DNA of 40,079 nt from Kayfunavirus PDP21P1. Made by a program: the position numbers and the translations under genes. This document shows positions 26,731 to 37,281 of this stretch, piece after piece. The stretch's first letter is position 1, and each line of letters begins with the position of its first letter. The stretch is taken from sequence record OZ035821.1, one strand, 5' to 3'. The notes below the pieces were generated by a model. It had not been told where the DNA came from, made no database searches, and saw nothing but the letters and a program-made list of their open reading frames with translations.

Positions 26731-29088
26731 ATGCCACTAATTACTCAATCAATAAAAAATCTTAAAGGTGGCATTAGCCAGCAGCCCGATATACTGAGGT
26801 TCTCAGACCAAGGCGAGGCACAGGTTAACTGCTGGTCATCCGAGAGTGATGGCCTCCAGAAGCGTCCACCTACAGTCTTCAAGCGACGTCTTAACATCGA
26901 CGTTGGGAGCAACCCTAAGTTCCACCTGATTAACCGTGATGAGCAGGAGCAGTATTACATCGTGTTCAACGGGTCCAACATTCAGGTAGTTGACTTGAGC
27001 GGTAATCAATACTCAGTTTCCGGTGAGGTAGACTACGTTAAGTCGTCCAACCCGCGAGATGACATCCGTGTCGTTACCGTTGCAGACTATACGTTCATCG
27101 TGAACCGTAAGGTTGTCGTTAAAGGTGGGAGCGAGAAGGCAAACTCTGGTTATAATCGTAAAGCTCGTGCTTTAATTAACCTGCGTGGTGGACAGTATGG
27201 TCGCACCCTTAAGGTAGGAATCAACGGAGGAGTTAAGGTTGAGCATAAGTTGCCAGCTGGTAATGATGCCGAGAATGACCCTCCTAAGGTGGATGCTCAG
27301 GCCATCGGTGCAGCTCTGAGAGACCTTCTTGTTGCTGCTTACCCTACCTTCACGTTCGACCTTGGGTCTGGCTTCCTGTTAATCACTGCCCCTTCAGGGA
27401 CTGACATTAACTCAGTGGAGACGGAGGATGGCTACGCTAACCAGCTAATCAGCCCAGTACTCGACACGGTGCAAACAATCTCTAAGTTGCCTCTTGCAGC
27501 TCCAAATGGGTACATCATTAAGATTCAAGGTGAGACCAACAGTAGCGCCGATGAATACTACGTGATGTATGACTCCAACACTAAGACGTGGAAGGAGACA
27601 GTGGAGCCGGGAGTTGTCACTGGGTTCGATGTCACCACAATGCCACATGCTCTGGTCAGACAGTCTGATGGCTCCTTTGAGTTCAAGACTCTTGATTGGT
27701 CCAAGCGTGGTGCTGGTAACGATGACACAAACCCTATGCCTAGCTTCGTGGATGCTACGATTAATGATGTGTTCTTCTACAGGAACAGACTTGGGTTCTT
27801 ATCTGGTGAGAACGTAATCATGAGCCGTTCAGCCAGCTACTTTGCGTTCTTCCCTAAGAGTGTGGCGACACTGAGTGATGATGACCCTATTGATGTAGCT
27901 GTAAGTCACCCTCGAATCTCAATCCTTAAGTATGCCGTTCCGTTTAGCGAGCAGCTACTACTTTGGTCGGATGAGGTTCAGTTCGTGATGACAAGCTCTG
28001 GGGTACTTACCTCGAAGTCTATCCAGCTTGATGTAGGCTCAGAGTTTGCCTTAGGCGATAATGCCCGACCGTTCGCTGTAGGACGCTCAGTCTTCTTCTC
28101 AGCTCCTCGGGGGTCATTCACCAGCATTAAGCGATACTTCGCTGTAGCAGATGTGTCTGACGTGAAGGATGCCGATGATACCACTGGCCACGTACTGTCC
28201 TACATCCCTAACGGGGTGTTTGATATTCAAGGTACAGGGACTGAGAACTACATCTGCGTCAACTCTACAGGTGCATACAACCGAATCTACATCTACAAGT
28301 TCTTGTTTAAGGACGGAGTACAGCTTCAAGCCTCTTGGTCACACTGGGAGTTCCCTAAAGATGATAAGATTCTGGCGTCTGCTTCTATTGGCTCTACCAT
28401 GTTCATTGTTCGTCAGCACCAAGGAGGGGTAGACATTGAGCACCTTAAGTTCATCAAGGAGGCAACTGACTTCCCGTCAGAGCCATATAGACTACACATT
28501 GACTCCAAGGTGTCTATGGTAATTCCAATTGGCTCATATAATACTGACACCTATAAGACTACGGTTGACATTGGTGCTGCTTATGGTGGCAACGCTCCGT
28601 CTCCCGGTCGGTACTATCTGATTGACAGTCAGGGTGCTTATGTGGACCTTGGGGACTTGTCCAGTATCTCTACTGTGATTACCCTCAACGGCGATTGGTC
28701 AGGACGTACAGTGTTCATCGGACGGCCCTATCTGATGTCCTACAAGTTCTCACGGTTCCTGATTAAGATTGAAGATGATAGTGGCACTCAGTCTGAAGAC
28801 ACTGGTCGTCTACAGCTTCGTCGGGCTTGGGTCAACTACAAGGACACTGGCGCTCTGAGACTCATTGTCAGAAACGGTGAGCGGGAGTTCGTGAATACCT
28901 TCAACGGGTACACCCTTGGTCAGCAAACCATCGGTACTACAAACATTGGTGACGGGCAGTATCGATTCGCTATGAATGGTAACGCATTAACCACGAGTCT
29001 AACCTTAGAGTCCGACTATCCTACCCCAGTGTCCATCGTTGGGTGTGGCTGGGAGGCATCATACGCTAAGAAAGCTCGTTCAGTCTAA
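26731..29088 (+). CDS. 12: Tail tubular protein B, T7 gp12 homolog
   Basis: 785 aa, in the gene 12 position; length and N-terminus (LKGGISQQPD) consistent with T7 gp12. Confidence 0.92.
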   Translation: MPLITQSIKNLKGGISQQPDILRFSDQGEAQVNCWSSESDGLQKRPPTVFKRRLNIDVGSNPKFHLINRDEQEQYYIVFNGSNIQVVDLSGNQYSVSGEVDYVKSSNPRDDIRVVTVADYTFIVNRKVVVKGGSEKANSGYNRKARALINLRGGQYGRTLKVGINGGVKVEHKLPAGNDAENDPPKVDAQAIGAALRDLLVAAYPTFTFDLGSGFLLITAPSGTDINSVETEDGYANQLISPVLDTVQTISKLPLAAPNGYIIKIQGETNSSADEYYVMYDSNTKTWKETVEPGVVTGFDVTTMPHALVRQSDGSFEFKTLDWSKRGAGNDDTNPMPSFVDATINDVFFYRNRLGFLSGENVIMSRSASYFAFFPKSVATLSDDDPIDVAVSHPRISILKYAVPFSEQLLLWSDEVQFVMTSSGVLTSKSIQLDVGSEFALGDNARPFAVGRSVFFSAPRGSFTSIKRYFAVADVSDVKDADDTTGHVLSYIPNGVFDIQGTGTENYICVNSTGAYNRIYIYKFLFKDGVQLQASWSHWEFPKDDKILASASIGSTMFIVRQHQGGVDIEHLKFIKEATDFPSEPYRLHIDSKVSMVIPIGSYNTDTYKTTVDIGAAYGGNAPSPGRYYLIDSQGAYVDLGDLSSISTVITLNGDWSGRTVFIGRPYLMSYKFSRFLIKIEDDSGTQSEDTGRLQLRRAWVNYKDTGALRLIVRNGEREFVNTFNGYTLGQQTIGTTNIGDGQYRFAMNGNALTTSLTLESDYPTPVSIVGCGWEASYAKKARSV

Positions 29089-29112
29089 CTTATTGAAGGG
29101 CCTATAGATTTA

Positions 29113-29135
29113 CCTTAACTATCACTATAGGGACT
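29113..29135 (+). promoter_or_regulatory. Phage RNA polymerase promoter (phi13-like)
   Basis: CCTTAACTATCACTATA^GGGACT. Confidence 0.75.
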
Positions 29136-29164
29136 ATAGGCCATTAAGGTTATAAGGAGACTTT

Positions 29165-29617
29165 ATGTATATTCGCAAGGCTACGGAACCGGATGTCCAC
29201 TACTTTCTGTGGCATCTTTCAGCAGATGATGTTAATGAGTGCAAAGCAAACTACGGGTCAACCGTTGGTCTCTCTGAAAGACTGCTTAAGCACCTATCTC
29301 CGTCATCTGTGGTTTTAACGAACGGTGTAGGCGAAGTGTTTGCCTATGGTGGAAACCAAGGGGATAACGTATGGTTCTTGACTTCAGGTCTGGTCTATAA
29401 GCTGAGACCTAAAGAGAAGCGAGAGTTCATAAAGCGTATCTCTGAGTACAGGGACTTAATGTTAGACCAATACGGGACCATCTGGAACTACGTGTGGTCA
29501 GGCAATAAGTCTCACATTAAATTCTTGAAGTTGCTGGGAGCTAAGTTCCACCCTGATGTGACGATAAGTCCGGTAACAGGTGAGCGTTTTCAGTTATTCA
29601 CAATCTCTAAGGAGTAA
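29165..29617 (+). CDS. Internal virion protein A (gp13-like)
   Basis: 150-aa ORF with AAGGAG RBS, directly downstream of the phi13-like promoter. Assigned by position and size. Confidence 0.65.
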   Translation: MYIRKATEPDVHYFLWHLSADDVNECKANYGSTVGLSERLLKHLSPSSVVLTNGVGEVFAYGGNQGDNVWFLTSGLVYKLRPKEKREFIKRISEYRDLMLDQYGTIWNYVWSGNKSHIKFLKLLGAKFHPDVTISPVTGERFQLFTISKE

Positions 29618-29619
29618 AG

Positions 29620-30021
29620 ATGACCAAAGTTTGTTTAACTTGTGGTCTGGAGAAACCAATCACTGAGTTTCACAAACAGGCCACCAAGAAAGACCCTGAG
29701 CGCCGAAAACCTCATTGCAGAAGCTGCTGGTCCAAGGTAAGGAGGGATAGAACACCTGAGCATAATAGGCGATACAACCTGAAGAAATTCTACGGAATAA
29801 CACCTGAGGAGTATGATAAAATGCTTCGTGAGCAAGGTGGGACCTGTGCCATTTGTCATGGTACAGAGACTGTAGGGAGACTAGCTGTAGATCACTGCCA
29901 TTCTACAGGTAGGGTTAGGGGTCTGTTATGCACCAACTGCAATCAAGCTATAGGCAAGCTGAAGGATGACTCTCAGTTGCTTAGGAACGCTATCAACTAT
30001 CTGGAGGTGAACCGTGTGTGA
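29620..30021 (+). CDS. Endonuclease VII-like (HNH superfamily) nuclease, inserted between genes 13 and 14
   Basis: Cys/His-rich motif CAICHG...LAVDHCHSTGRVRGLLCTNCNQAIG, characteristic of the T4 endonuclease VII N-terminal zinc-binding nuclease domain. AAGGAG RBS. Confidence 0.75.
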   Translation: MTKVCLTCGLEKPITEFHKQATKKDPERRKPHCRSCWSKVRRDRTPEHNRRYNLKKFYGITPEEYDKMLREQGGTCAICHGTETVGRLAVDHCHSTGRVRGLLCTNCNQAIGKLKDDSQLLRNAINYLEVNRV

Positions 30022-30601
30022 ACCAGTATCCATCGGTTTAGGAATTATGGCTGTAGCCGGGGCCACTATGTCCGCGTCTCAACAAGCCAAGGCTGAGGGT
30101 GCTGCTATCGACGCGCAGAACCGACAGGCTAAGGAGATGATTAAGCAGATGAACTACTCTGACGCCAACCTGAAGATGCAAGAGCGGGACCTTAAGGAGC
30201 AGCAGGTCGCTGAGCTGACCGAGACCACTCTGAATGGTATCCGTAATCAGGGCATGGTCCGCGCAGCGGTAGCCGAGTCTGGCCTAGAAGGTAACTCCAT
30301 GAACCGCATTGAGCGCTCGGTGGAAGGCGACACCGTGAAGGAACGGGCTGGCATCACCGAAAGTTACAACCGCGACTATGCGGCTATCTTCGGGAACCGT
30401 ATCGCCAACATTGAGAACACCAAGTCTGCTATCCGTGGTCAAGGTAAAATCATCAAGACCAGTCCACTGGCCCATGCACTTAATGTTGCTAACGCCGGGA
30501 TGCAAGGTTACGCCGCTGGTAAGTCAATGTCTGGGACTTCAGGCTCTGGTGGTGCTGCACCAATTAGTGCTGCTAAAGGCACGCCTACAGGTCATAGCTA
30601 A
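30014..30601 (+). CDS. 14: Internal virion protein B, T7 gp14 homolog
   Basis: GTG start with GGAGG RBS. N-terminus MCEPVSIG parallels T7 MCWAAAIP; 195 aa against 196 in T7. Confidence 0.85.
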   Translation: MCEPVSIGLGIMAVAGATMSASQQAKAEGAAIDAQNRQAKEMIKQMNYSDANLKMQERDLKEQQVAELTETTLNGIRNQGMVRAAVAESGLEGNSMNRIERSVEGDTVKERAGITESYNRDYAAIFGNRIANIENTKSAIRGQGKIIKTSPLAHALNVANAGMQGYAAGKSMSGTSGSGGAAPISAAKGTPTGHS

Positions 30602-30612
30602 GAGGAGGACTA

Positions 30613-32895
30613 ATGGCTAGTAATATTGAATCAGCTCTGGCTAATCGGACTATGGGTCGTGGCAGAGCGCCTGGTAAAACTATCGCCGTCAACTATCAAG
30701 CAGCCAGCGTTCAGGCTCCAACTGGGGACTCAGGGCTGGCTCGTGCATTAACTAACTTCGTTGAGTCTGGGACAGGATTGTACAAGCAGTTCAAGGACGA
30801 TGAGAAGACCAGAGCTGACGAGCGTTCTAACGAGATTATCCGTAAGCTGACACCTCAGCAAAGACGTGAGGCTATCCAGAACGGCACATTGCTGTATCAG
30901 GATGACCCTTACGCTATGGAAGCACTTCGAGTCAAGACTGGTCGTAATGCTGCCTTTGCTGTAGACGACGAGATTAACGTTAAGATTCAGAACGGTGAGT
31001 TCCGTACACGTCAGGACATGGAAGAGTATCGCCACCAGCGACTTCAGGACGCCGCTAAGTCCTATGCTGAAGAGGCGGGTATTAACCCTACCGACGAGTT
31101 CTTCCAGCGTGGATTCAACGATAACATCACGGACCGAAACATCGCTATCTATGGGTCCTTCAATAAGTATTTCAGTAAGCAGTCTGAAGAGACAGCAATG
31201 TTGAATACTCGTATTGAGATGAACTCATTCCTGAACGATGGCGACCTGATGCGTTCACCTGAGTCAGGTAAGACCTTCATGGCCTACCTTCGTGATGGAC
31301 TGACTACTGCTGCTATCCCTTCAGACCAGAGAGCACGGGAGGTCATTACCCAGACGGTCCGTGACGCAATCCAGAAGTCCGGCGGCTCAAACTTCCTACA
31401 GCAAGTACGGGGCGAGCGTATCACCCTTAATGGTGTTGACGCTACCATCGAAGAGATTGTAGGACCTGACGTCTTCAATGCTGCTATGGTTGAGGCCCAA
31501 GGTACTGAGTATAAACTGGTGGCTAAGTATCAGGAAGACTTGTCGTTAGGCGTTCAGTCTGCGATTCTTCAGGATGACCCAACCATCGGTCTGGCCCAGA
31601 TTCAGAAACTCAAGGAGCAGAACAACCTGCTTCAGCCTGGTGAAGAACTCACGCCTCAGCGTCAGATGCTTATTAATGCCGAAGCCAGCTTACTGGAAGC
31701 GGTCAAGCGTAAGTCTGCTGAACAGGCGAAGGAGAACACTAAGTTAATCCAGACTCAGAACAAGCAACTGGTCATCGACCAAGTGTATCAGCGACGTCTG
31801 GCTGGGGACAACGTGTCCACCAACTATGAGGACCTTCCGGTCTCTGAAGCTACAGGAGAGTTCAAGCGTTCAGACATGAACAACTATGCGTCTGCAAAGC
31901 TACAGCAGATTGACCAGATGGACATCCCTGAGGCTGCTAAGGACGCTCAGAAGGTGGCATTGTTAAGAGCTGACACTAACAACGGTCCGTTCCGTAATGC
32001 ATTCCAGACGCTTACTCAGGACGCTGCTGGTGAGTGGCAAGCTGCGGTCATCCGTGGGCAGTACGACCCAGACAAGATGCAACGCTTCGAATCTCTTCGT
32101 CGTGCCTACACTCAGGACCCTTCAAGTTTCGCTGCTCTGTATCCTGACCAAGCTCAGTTGTTCTCTACGTTCGACCAGATGGACAAGATGGGTCTGGACC
32201 CTCAGACGATGATTGAAGCTGATAAGCAAGCTGCAAGTCAAAGCCGTGAGATGCGCATGGAGTCAGACAAGGCGTGGCAGGAGTTGAAGAACGACTCTAA
32301 GAACACCCAGTTGTCTCGCCTCCCAACGTCTCTGGACTCAAGTGCTCGTAAGGTCTGGGACTCATGGTACTATCGTACAGGTAACGCTGACGCTGCAACT
32401 CAGCAGACTCAACGCTGGCTGAATGAGAACACCGTAACGTTCCAGTCTGAAGGTTCTGACGGTAAGTCCATCGGCATGGTGTCCAAGCACCAGCTTATGG
32501 TCGGGGATAACCCAGAGTCGTGGCAGGTGGGTCGAGACATTATCGACACCGCTCGTAAGCAGCTCATTAAGGCCAACCCTTGGGTAGTGAACTCTCAGTT
32601 GTCAGTTGTTGAACAGAACGGCTCTATCTTCCTCCAAGACGCTACGGGGACTATTCGTATTCGATACGATAAAGAACTTGTAGGTAAACTATACCGCGAA
32701 CAACAGCAGAAGGCACAAGATGCCGCATATGCTCAGGCAGAACGTGACGCTAACAAGCGAGCGCGTATCGTCGGGACTAAAGCTGCTGGTGACAAACGTC
32801 GAGCTGACCGAGAGGCCAACATCGAGAAGCGCGGTGGGATGTACAATGACGTCTCACTGGAGGGTATCGCAAATGTACTAATCGGTAAGGAGTAA
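30613..32895 (+). CDS. 15: Internal virion (core) protein C, T7 gp15 homolog
   Basis: 760 aa. DERSNEIIRKLTPQQRREA...GTLLYQDDPYAMEALRVKTGRNAA matches the gp15 family as recalled. Confidence 0.9.
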   Translation: MASNIESALANRTMGRGRAPGKTIAVNYQAASVQAPTGDSGLARALTNFVESGTGLYKQFKDDEKTRADERSNEIIRKLTPQQRREAIQNGTLLYQDDPYAMEALRVKTGRNAAFAVDDEINVKIQNGEFRTRQDMEEYRHQRLQDAAKSYAEEAGINPTDEFFQRGFNDNITDRNIAIYGSFNKYFSKQSEETAMLNTRIEMNSFLNDGDLMRSPESGKTFMAYLRDGLTTAAIPSDQRAREVITQTVRDAIQKSGGSNFLQQVRGERITLNGVDATIEEIVGPDVFNAAMVEAQGTEYKLVAKYQEDLSLGVQSAILQDDPTIGLAQIQKLKEQNNLLQPGEELTPQRQMLINAEASLLEAVKRKSAEQAKENTKLIQTQNKQLVIDQVYQRRLAGDNVSTNYEDLPVSEATGEFKRSDMNNYASAKLQQIDQMDIPEAAKDAQKVALLRADTNNGPFRNAFQTLTQDAAGEWQAAVIRGQYDPDKMQRFESLRRAYTQDPSSFAALYPDQAQLFSTFDQMDKMGLDPQTMIEADKQAASQSREMRMESDKAWQELKNDSKNTQLSRLPTSLDSSARKVWDSWYYRTGNADAATQQTQRWLNENTVTFQSEGSDGKSIGMVSKHQLMVGDNPESWQVGRDIIDTARKQLIKANPWVVNSQLSVVEQNGSIFLQDATGTIRIRYDKELVGKLYREQQQKAQDAAYAQAERDANKRARIVGTKAAGDKRRADREANIEKRGGMYNDVSLEGIANVLIGKE

Positions 32896-32897
32896 AC

Positions 32898-33347
32898 ATG
32901 AAGAACGGGACAGCCAGTGAGAGACTGGCAGAACTGTCAGTAGCTGAAGAGTCTGGCTGTATCCGATTCACAGGCCACTTAGACGGAGAAGGATACGGAA
33001 GGATAATGGTGGCTAGGGTTAAGTATATGGCACATCGTCTCTCCTACTCCATAAATAAGGGGCCAATACCAGATGGCTATGTTGTTAGGCATAAATGTGA
33101 TAATCCATCATGCATAAATCCTGAACACCTTGAAGTAGGAACGCAGGCTGACAACATTGCAGATAAGGTATCCAGAGGCCGACAGGCAAGAGGTAGTGGA
33201 GCAGGCAGAGCTATACTGACAGAGGAATCTGTTAGGGAAATACGCTCCAGTCCATTAAAAGTATCTGAGCTTTCCACCTTATACGGGGTAAGCGTCGTTT
33301 CCATACGAAATATATTGAGGAGAAAGACATGGCAACACGTGGTGTAA
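32898..33347 (+). CDS. HNH homing endonuclease inserted between genes 15 and 16
   Basis: CIRFTGHLDGEGYGRI, GPIPDGYVVRHKCDNPSCINPEHLEVGTQADNIADKVSRGRQ; same family as 9230 and 18588. AAGGAG RBS; AT-rich codon usage. Confidence 0.8.
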   Translation: MKNGTASERLAELSVAEESGCIRFTGHLDGEGYGRIMVARVKYMAHRLSYSINKGPIPDGYVVRHKCDNPSCINPEHLEVGTQADNIADKVSRGRQARGSGAGRAILTEESVREIRSSPLKVSELSTLYGVSVVSIRNILRRKTWQHVV

Positions 33348-36300
33348 GGAACGCAAATCCGGGCAATATCCGTAAGTCCAAAGACCAGTGGGAAGGTGCT
33401 ATAGGCGATGATGGTGCATTCGTTATCTTCGACAGTCCTGAATCTGGGGTCCGAGCATTAGCGAAAAACCTTCAAAGCTACGGTCGCCAAGGTTATGACT
33501 CTATCGAGAAGATTATCAACAGATGGGCACCTCCGAGCGAGAACGACACTCAGTCCTACATCGACTCGGTTGTATCTGCTACTGGTATTCCTGCAACTCA
33601 AAGTCTCGACCTCTCGGACCCGGACACACTGTCTTCTCTGGCGCAAGCTATCAGCTTCCATGAGACAGGCTCCCGGTACGACCCTGAAGTCTATCAACAG
33701 GGAGTCGCAAGAGCACTCAACGGTATCAGCCCAAAGACTCCACCAGTAAGCGCTAACGTATTTGACGCACTCACGGAAGGACTCAAGGCTAAACCTAAAG
33801 TAGCTCTGGGTGAGAACCTTCCGACCGCTGCTGGTCTGAATATTGAGGGTCAAGCACCTGAAGCTCCCAACGAATCGTTCGGTGAGATGTTCTATAAGGC
33901 TACTGGAGAGACCATGCAGGAACGAGAGGACCGCTCTACGTGGTTCGGTTTCGGTGCTGCTACAGAAGCTGAAGTGAAGAACTCTATGGTCGGCGTGGCT
34001 ATCCGCGCTGGTCAGACCGAGGACTCACTGGATGTCATTGGCGATGTGTTTAACCCGACCCGCTGGAACAACCATAAGTGGACTCGTGAAGAGCTTGACC
34101 AGATTCGTAACGCTGGGGTTCTGCCTCAGTATTATGGAGTCATTACTGGTGGGTCTCCTCAGAACCTGACAGAGCTTATTAACTTGGCTCTTGAGAACCA
34201 GAAGTTGGACCAAGAGAAGGCCAAGGCTGGGACTGGTGCTCAGTTAGCTGCTGGTGTGATTGGTGCTGGTGTGGACCCTCTGACCTACGTTCCTATCGCT
34301 GGACAGGTGGGTAAAGGAGGTAAACTGGTCAACAAGATGTTCACCGTGGCGGCTCAATCTGGAGCACTGGCTGGTGTGTCTGAGATGGCCCGTACCTCAG
34401 TGGCTGGTGGTGATGCTCATGTGGCGGAAGCTATCCTTGGCGGTGCTCTCTTCGGTGGTGGCATGACTGCTATCGCTGATGGCCTAGGCAGAGCCTTAGG
34501 ACGAAACACTAATGAGTTTGCTGGCCCAGCTACACGTCTGGAAGCTCGTGAGACTGCTCGTAACGTTGATGGTCAGGACCTGTCTCGTCTACCTATTCAG
34601 GAAGGTGAGCAGACCTTTAGTCATCAAGGTGTTAAGTTCGCTGACGTGCCGAATGAGCCGGGAAGTGTACGATTAGAAGACGGTTCAATCCTGATTGGGG
34701 AGAACCCTCTGAACCCTAAGACACGTCAAGTCTTTGACGAAGTGATTGAGCCGGAACGTGCCGCTGCTGGTGTGAACCTTGGTGGACTTACCGAGATTGG
34801 CCTGAAGCTGCTTCGGTCTGAGAACCCTGAGATTCGTGGAGTAGCTGCTGACTTAGTGCGTTCACCTACTGGTATGCAGTCTGGGGCCTCAGGTAAAATC
34901 GGGACAACTGCGTCAGACGTGTTCGAGAGACTTCGTTCTGTGGACCATCGGTTCTACAACGACATCGACGATGCGGTTACTGAGGCACTAAAGGACCCGT
35001 ACTTCCAGACTGCATTCTGGCGAGACTCTGGCGCATTCCGTCAGGACATCTACCAGCGTGTGTCTATGGCTATCGAAGATGGTAGCGGAAACCTGAAGGC
35101 TGAACTGACTCCGGGAGAACTGAAAGTCTATGACCTACTGAAGAACCAGTTTGACGCCAAGCGTGAGATGATGGAGAACCCGTCTATGTTTGGGCGTCCA
35201 GACGCTCAGTCTATCTTTCCGGGCAGCCGCTTCAAGGGAACCTACGTCCCGCATGTGTATAGCAACCAGATGAAGGAGCTGTACATCAAGGAGCTTGGGA
35301 GTCCAGAGGCACTACAGGAGGCCATCAAGAAGTCATGGTTGACCAGCTATGCGTCTCGACCTGAGGTCAAGAAACGTGTGGACGAGGCACTCTTAGAGGC
35401 TGACCCTACGTTGACTCCAGAAGGACTTGCGGCTGCGGTCGATAAGTACGCCAACGATAAGGCTTATGGTATCTCTCACACCGAGCAGTTCGAGCGTTCA
35501 TCCGTAATGGAAGAGAACATCAATGGTCTGGTGGGTCTGGAGAACAACAGCTTCCTTGAGGCTCGTAACCTGTTCGATAGCGATATGTCAATCGTCCTGC
35601 CTAACGGTCAGACCTTCAGTGTCAACAACCTGCGTGAGTGGGACATGGACAAGATTGTCCCGGCCTACAACCGTCGAGTTAATGGTGATATTGCTATCAT
35701 GGCTGGTACAGGCAAGACCACGAAGGAAATGAAGGACTTAGTTGAGACCATGATGAACAAGGCTGGCGATGACGGAAAGTTGAAAGGTGAAGTATCTACC
35801 TTACGTGACACCTTGAAGATTCTCACTGGTCGTGCTCGACGTGATGGTGCTGATGATGCGGCCTTCGCTACCGTGATGCGCACGATGACAGACCTATCGT
35901 TCTTCACTAAGAATGCCTATATGGGTGTTCAGAACTTGACGGAGATTGGTGGTATGCTGGCTCGCGGCAACGTTCGTGCTCTGCTGCATGGAGTCCCGAT
36001 GTTCCGTGACCTAGCCTTCCGTAACAAGAAGGTAGGGGCTTCAGAGATTAAGGACCTGCACAATGTTATCTTCGGTAAGGAACTGGATGACTCAATCCGT
36101 CCGTCTAAACAGGATGTCATTGACCGTCTGCGGTCTTACAGTGACCTAGGTCGTGGTGCAGCTACAGCTCTGGGGACTGCCAAGTATTACACTGGTGAAC
36201 TTGCAGTACGCTCTCCGTTCACTAAAGTCCTCAATGGTACGACCAACTACCTGTTAGATGCTGGACGTCAAGGATTCCTGTCTGACATCGTGGAGCATAG

Positions 36301-37216
36301 CTTGACTGGTAGTAAGCGTAAGTTCGATGACCGCTGGCTGAAGACAGCTGGTATCTCAGACGAGCAGTGGAAGGGCATTAAGTCCCTAATCCGTGAGTCA
36401 GTGACTCGTGGTCCAGACGGGAAGTACACCATCAAGGATAAGAAGGCGTTCAGTCAGGACCCAAGGGCTATGGACCTGTGGCGTATGGGTGACACCATCG
36501 CTGACGAAACGTTACTCCGTCCTCATAAGCTGTCCAACATGGACGCCAAGGCTTATGGTCCTATCGCTAAGACTGTCCTTCAGTTTAAGAACTTCGTCAT
36601 CAAGTCCATCAATGGGCGAACCATGCGTACCTTCTATAACGCCACGAAGAACAACCGAGCGATTGACGCTGCACTATCGACCGTGATGTCTATGGGTCTG
36701 GCTGGTATCTACTACATGGCTCAGGCGCACATCAAGGCTTATGCTATGCAGGATGGTCGAGACCGTGACTACCTTAAGCAAGCTCTGGACCCAACGATGA
36801 TTGGCTATGCGGCCCTGTCCCGTAGTTCACATCTGGGTGGACCACTTGGGGTAGCTAACATTCTAGGTGGCATCGCTGGGTATGAGGACACTAAGATGCT
36901 CCGTTCGTCTATCCTACCTCGTTCGCCTACAGAGAAGCCTGAACGTGCCATCACGTTTGGTGCAGCTACAAGTGACCCTGTGATGAATGTTGTTGGTAAC
37001 TTCTTGGAGCAGGTTCCAGCTTTCGGATATGCTGCTAACGTTGGCGTTTCTGCTTACAACTTGGCTGGCTACCTCAAGGCTGATACTCGTGTCAACGAGC
37101 GAGACTACATGACCGGGATGTATAATACGTTCCGTGAACTGGTCCCGAATGACCCGATTACCCAGAAGTTGCTGCTTGGAACGTTTGAGGAGCAGGGTAT
37201 CCACATCAAGGACTAA
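33329..37216 (+). CDS. 16: Internal virion (core) protein D, T7 gp16 homolog
   Basis: 1295 aa. Collinear with T7 gp16 from about residue 200 onward (VRSPTGMQSGASGK, GTYVPHVY, GISHTEQF, NNSFLEARNLFDSD, NGTTNYLLDA, DPRAMDLWR, NNRAIDAALS, ELVPNDPxTQ). The N-terminal ~200 aa does not match the T7 transglycosylase domain as recalled. Confidence 0.92.
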   Translation: MATRGVRNANPGNIRKSKDQWEGAIGDDGAFVIFDSPESGVRALAKNLQSYGRQGYDSIEKIINRWAPPSENDTQSYIDSVVSATGIPATQSLDLSDPDTLSSLAQAISFHETGSRYDPEVYQQGVARALNGISPKTPPVSANVFDALTEGLKAKPKVALGENLPTAAGLNIEGQAPEAPNESFGEMFYKATGETMQEREDRSTWFGFGAATEAEVKNSMVGVAIRAGQTEDSLDVIGDVFNPTRWNNHKWTREELDQIRNAGVLPQYYGVITGGSPQNLTELINLALENQKLDQEKAKAGTGAQLAAGVIGAGVDPLTYVPIAGQVGKGGKLVNKMFTVAAQSGALAGVSEMARTSVAGGDAHVAEAILGGALFGGGMTAIADGLGRALGRNTNEFAGPATRLEARETARNVDGQDLSRLPIQEGEQTFSHQGVKFADVPNEPGSVRLEDGSILIGENPLNPKTRQVFDEVIEPERAAAGVNLGGLTEIGLKLLRSENPEIRGVAADLVRSPTGMQSGASGKIGTTASDVFERLRSVDHRFYNDIDDAVTEALKDPYFQTAFWRDSGAFRQDIYQRVSMAIEDGSGNLKAELTPGELKVYDLLKNQFDAKREMMENPSMFGRPDAQSIFPGSRFKGTYVPHVYSNQMKELYIKELGSPEALQEAIKKSWLTSYASRPEVKKRVDEALLEADPTLTPEGLAAAVDKYANDKAYGISHTEQFERSSVMEENINGLVGLENNSFLEARNLFDSDMSIVLPNGQTFSVNNLREWDMDKIVPAYNRRVNGDIAIMAGTGKTTKEMKDLVETMMNKAGDDGKLKGEVSTLRDTLKILTGRARRDGADDAAFATVMRTMTDLSFFTKNAYMGVQNLTEIGGMLARGNVRALLHGVPMFRDLAFRNKKVGASEIKDLHNVIFGKELDDSIRPSKQDVIDRLRSYSDLGRGAATALGTAKYYTGELAVRSPFTKVLNGTTNYLLDAGRQGFLSDIVEHSLTGSKRKFDDRWLKTAGISDEQWKGIKSLIRESVTRGPDGKYTIKDKKAFSQDPRAMDLWRMGDTIADETLLRPHKLSNMDAKAYGPIAKTVLQFKNFVIKSINGRTMRTFYNATKNNRAIDAALSTVMSMGLAGIYYMAQAHIKAYAMQDGRDRDYLKQALDPTMIGYAALSRSSHLGGPLGVANILGGIAGYEDTKMLRSSILPRSPTEKPERAITFGAATSDPVMNVVGNFLEQVPAFGYAANVGVSAYNLAGYLKADTRVNERDYMTGMYNTFRELVPNDPITQKLLLGTFEEQGIHIKD

Positions 37217-37234
37217 ACTATCACTATAGGAAAC
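37212..37234 (+). promoter_or_regulatory. Phage RNA polymerase promoter (phi17-like)
   Basis: ACTAAACTATCACTATA^GGAAAC; overlaps the gene 16 stop codon. Confidence 0.75.
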
Positions 37235-37281
37235 GGGAGGCGCTACCATAGGTCTCCCTTTAATTCATAACAGGAGGCATA

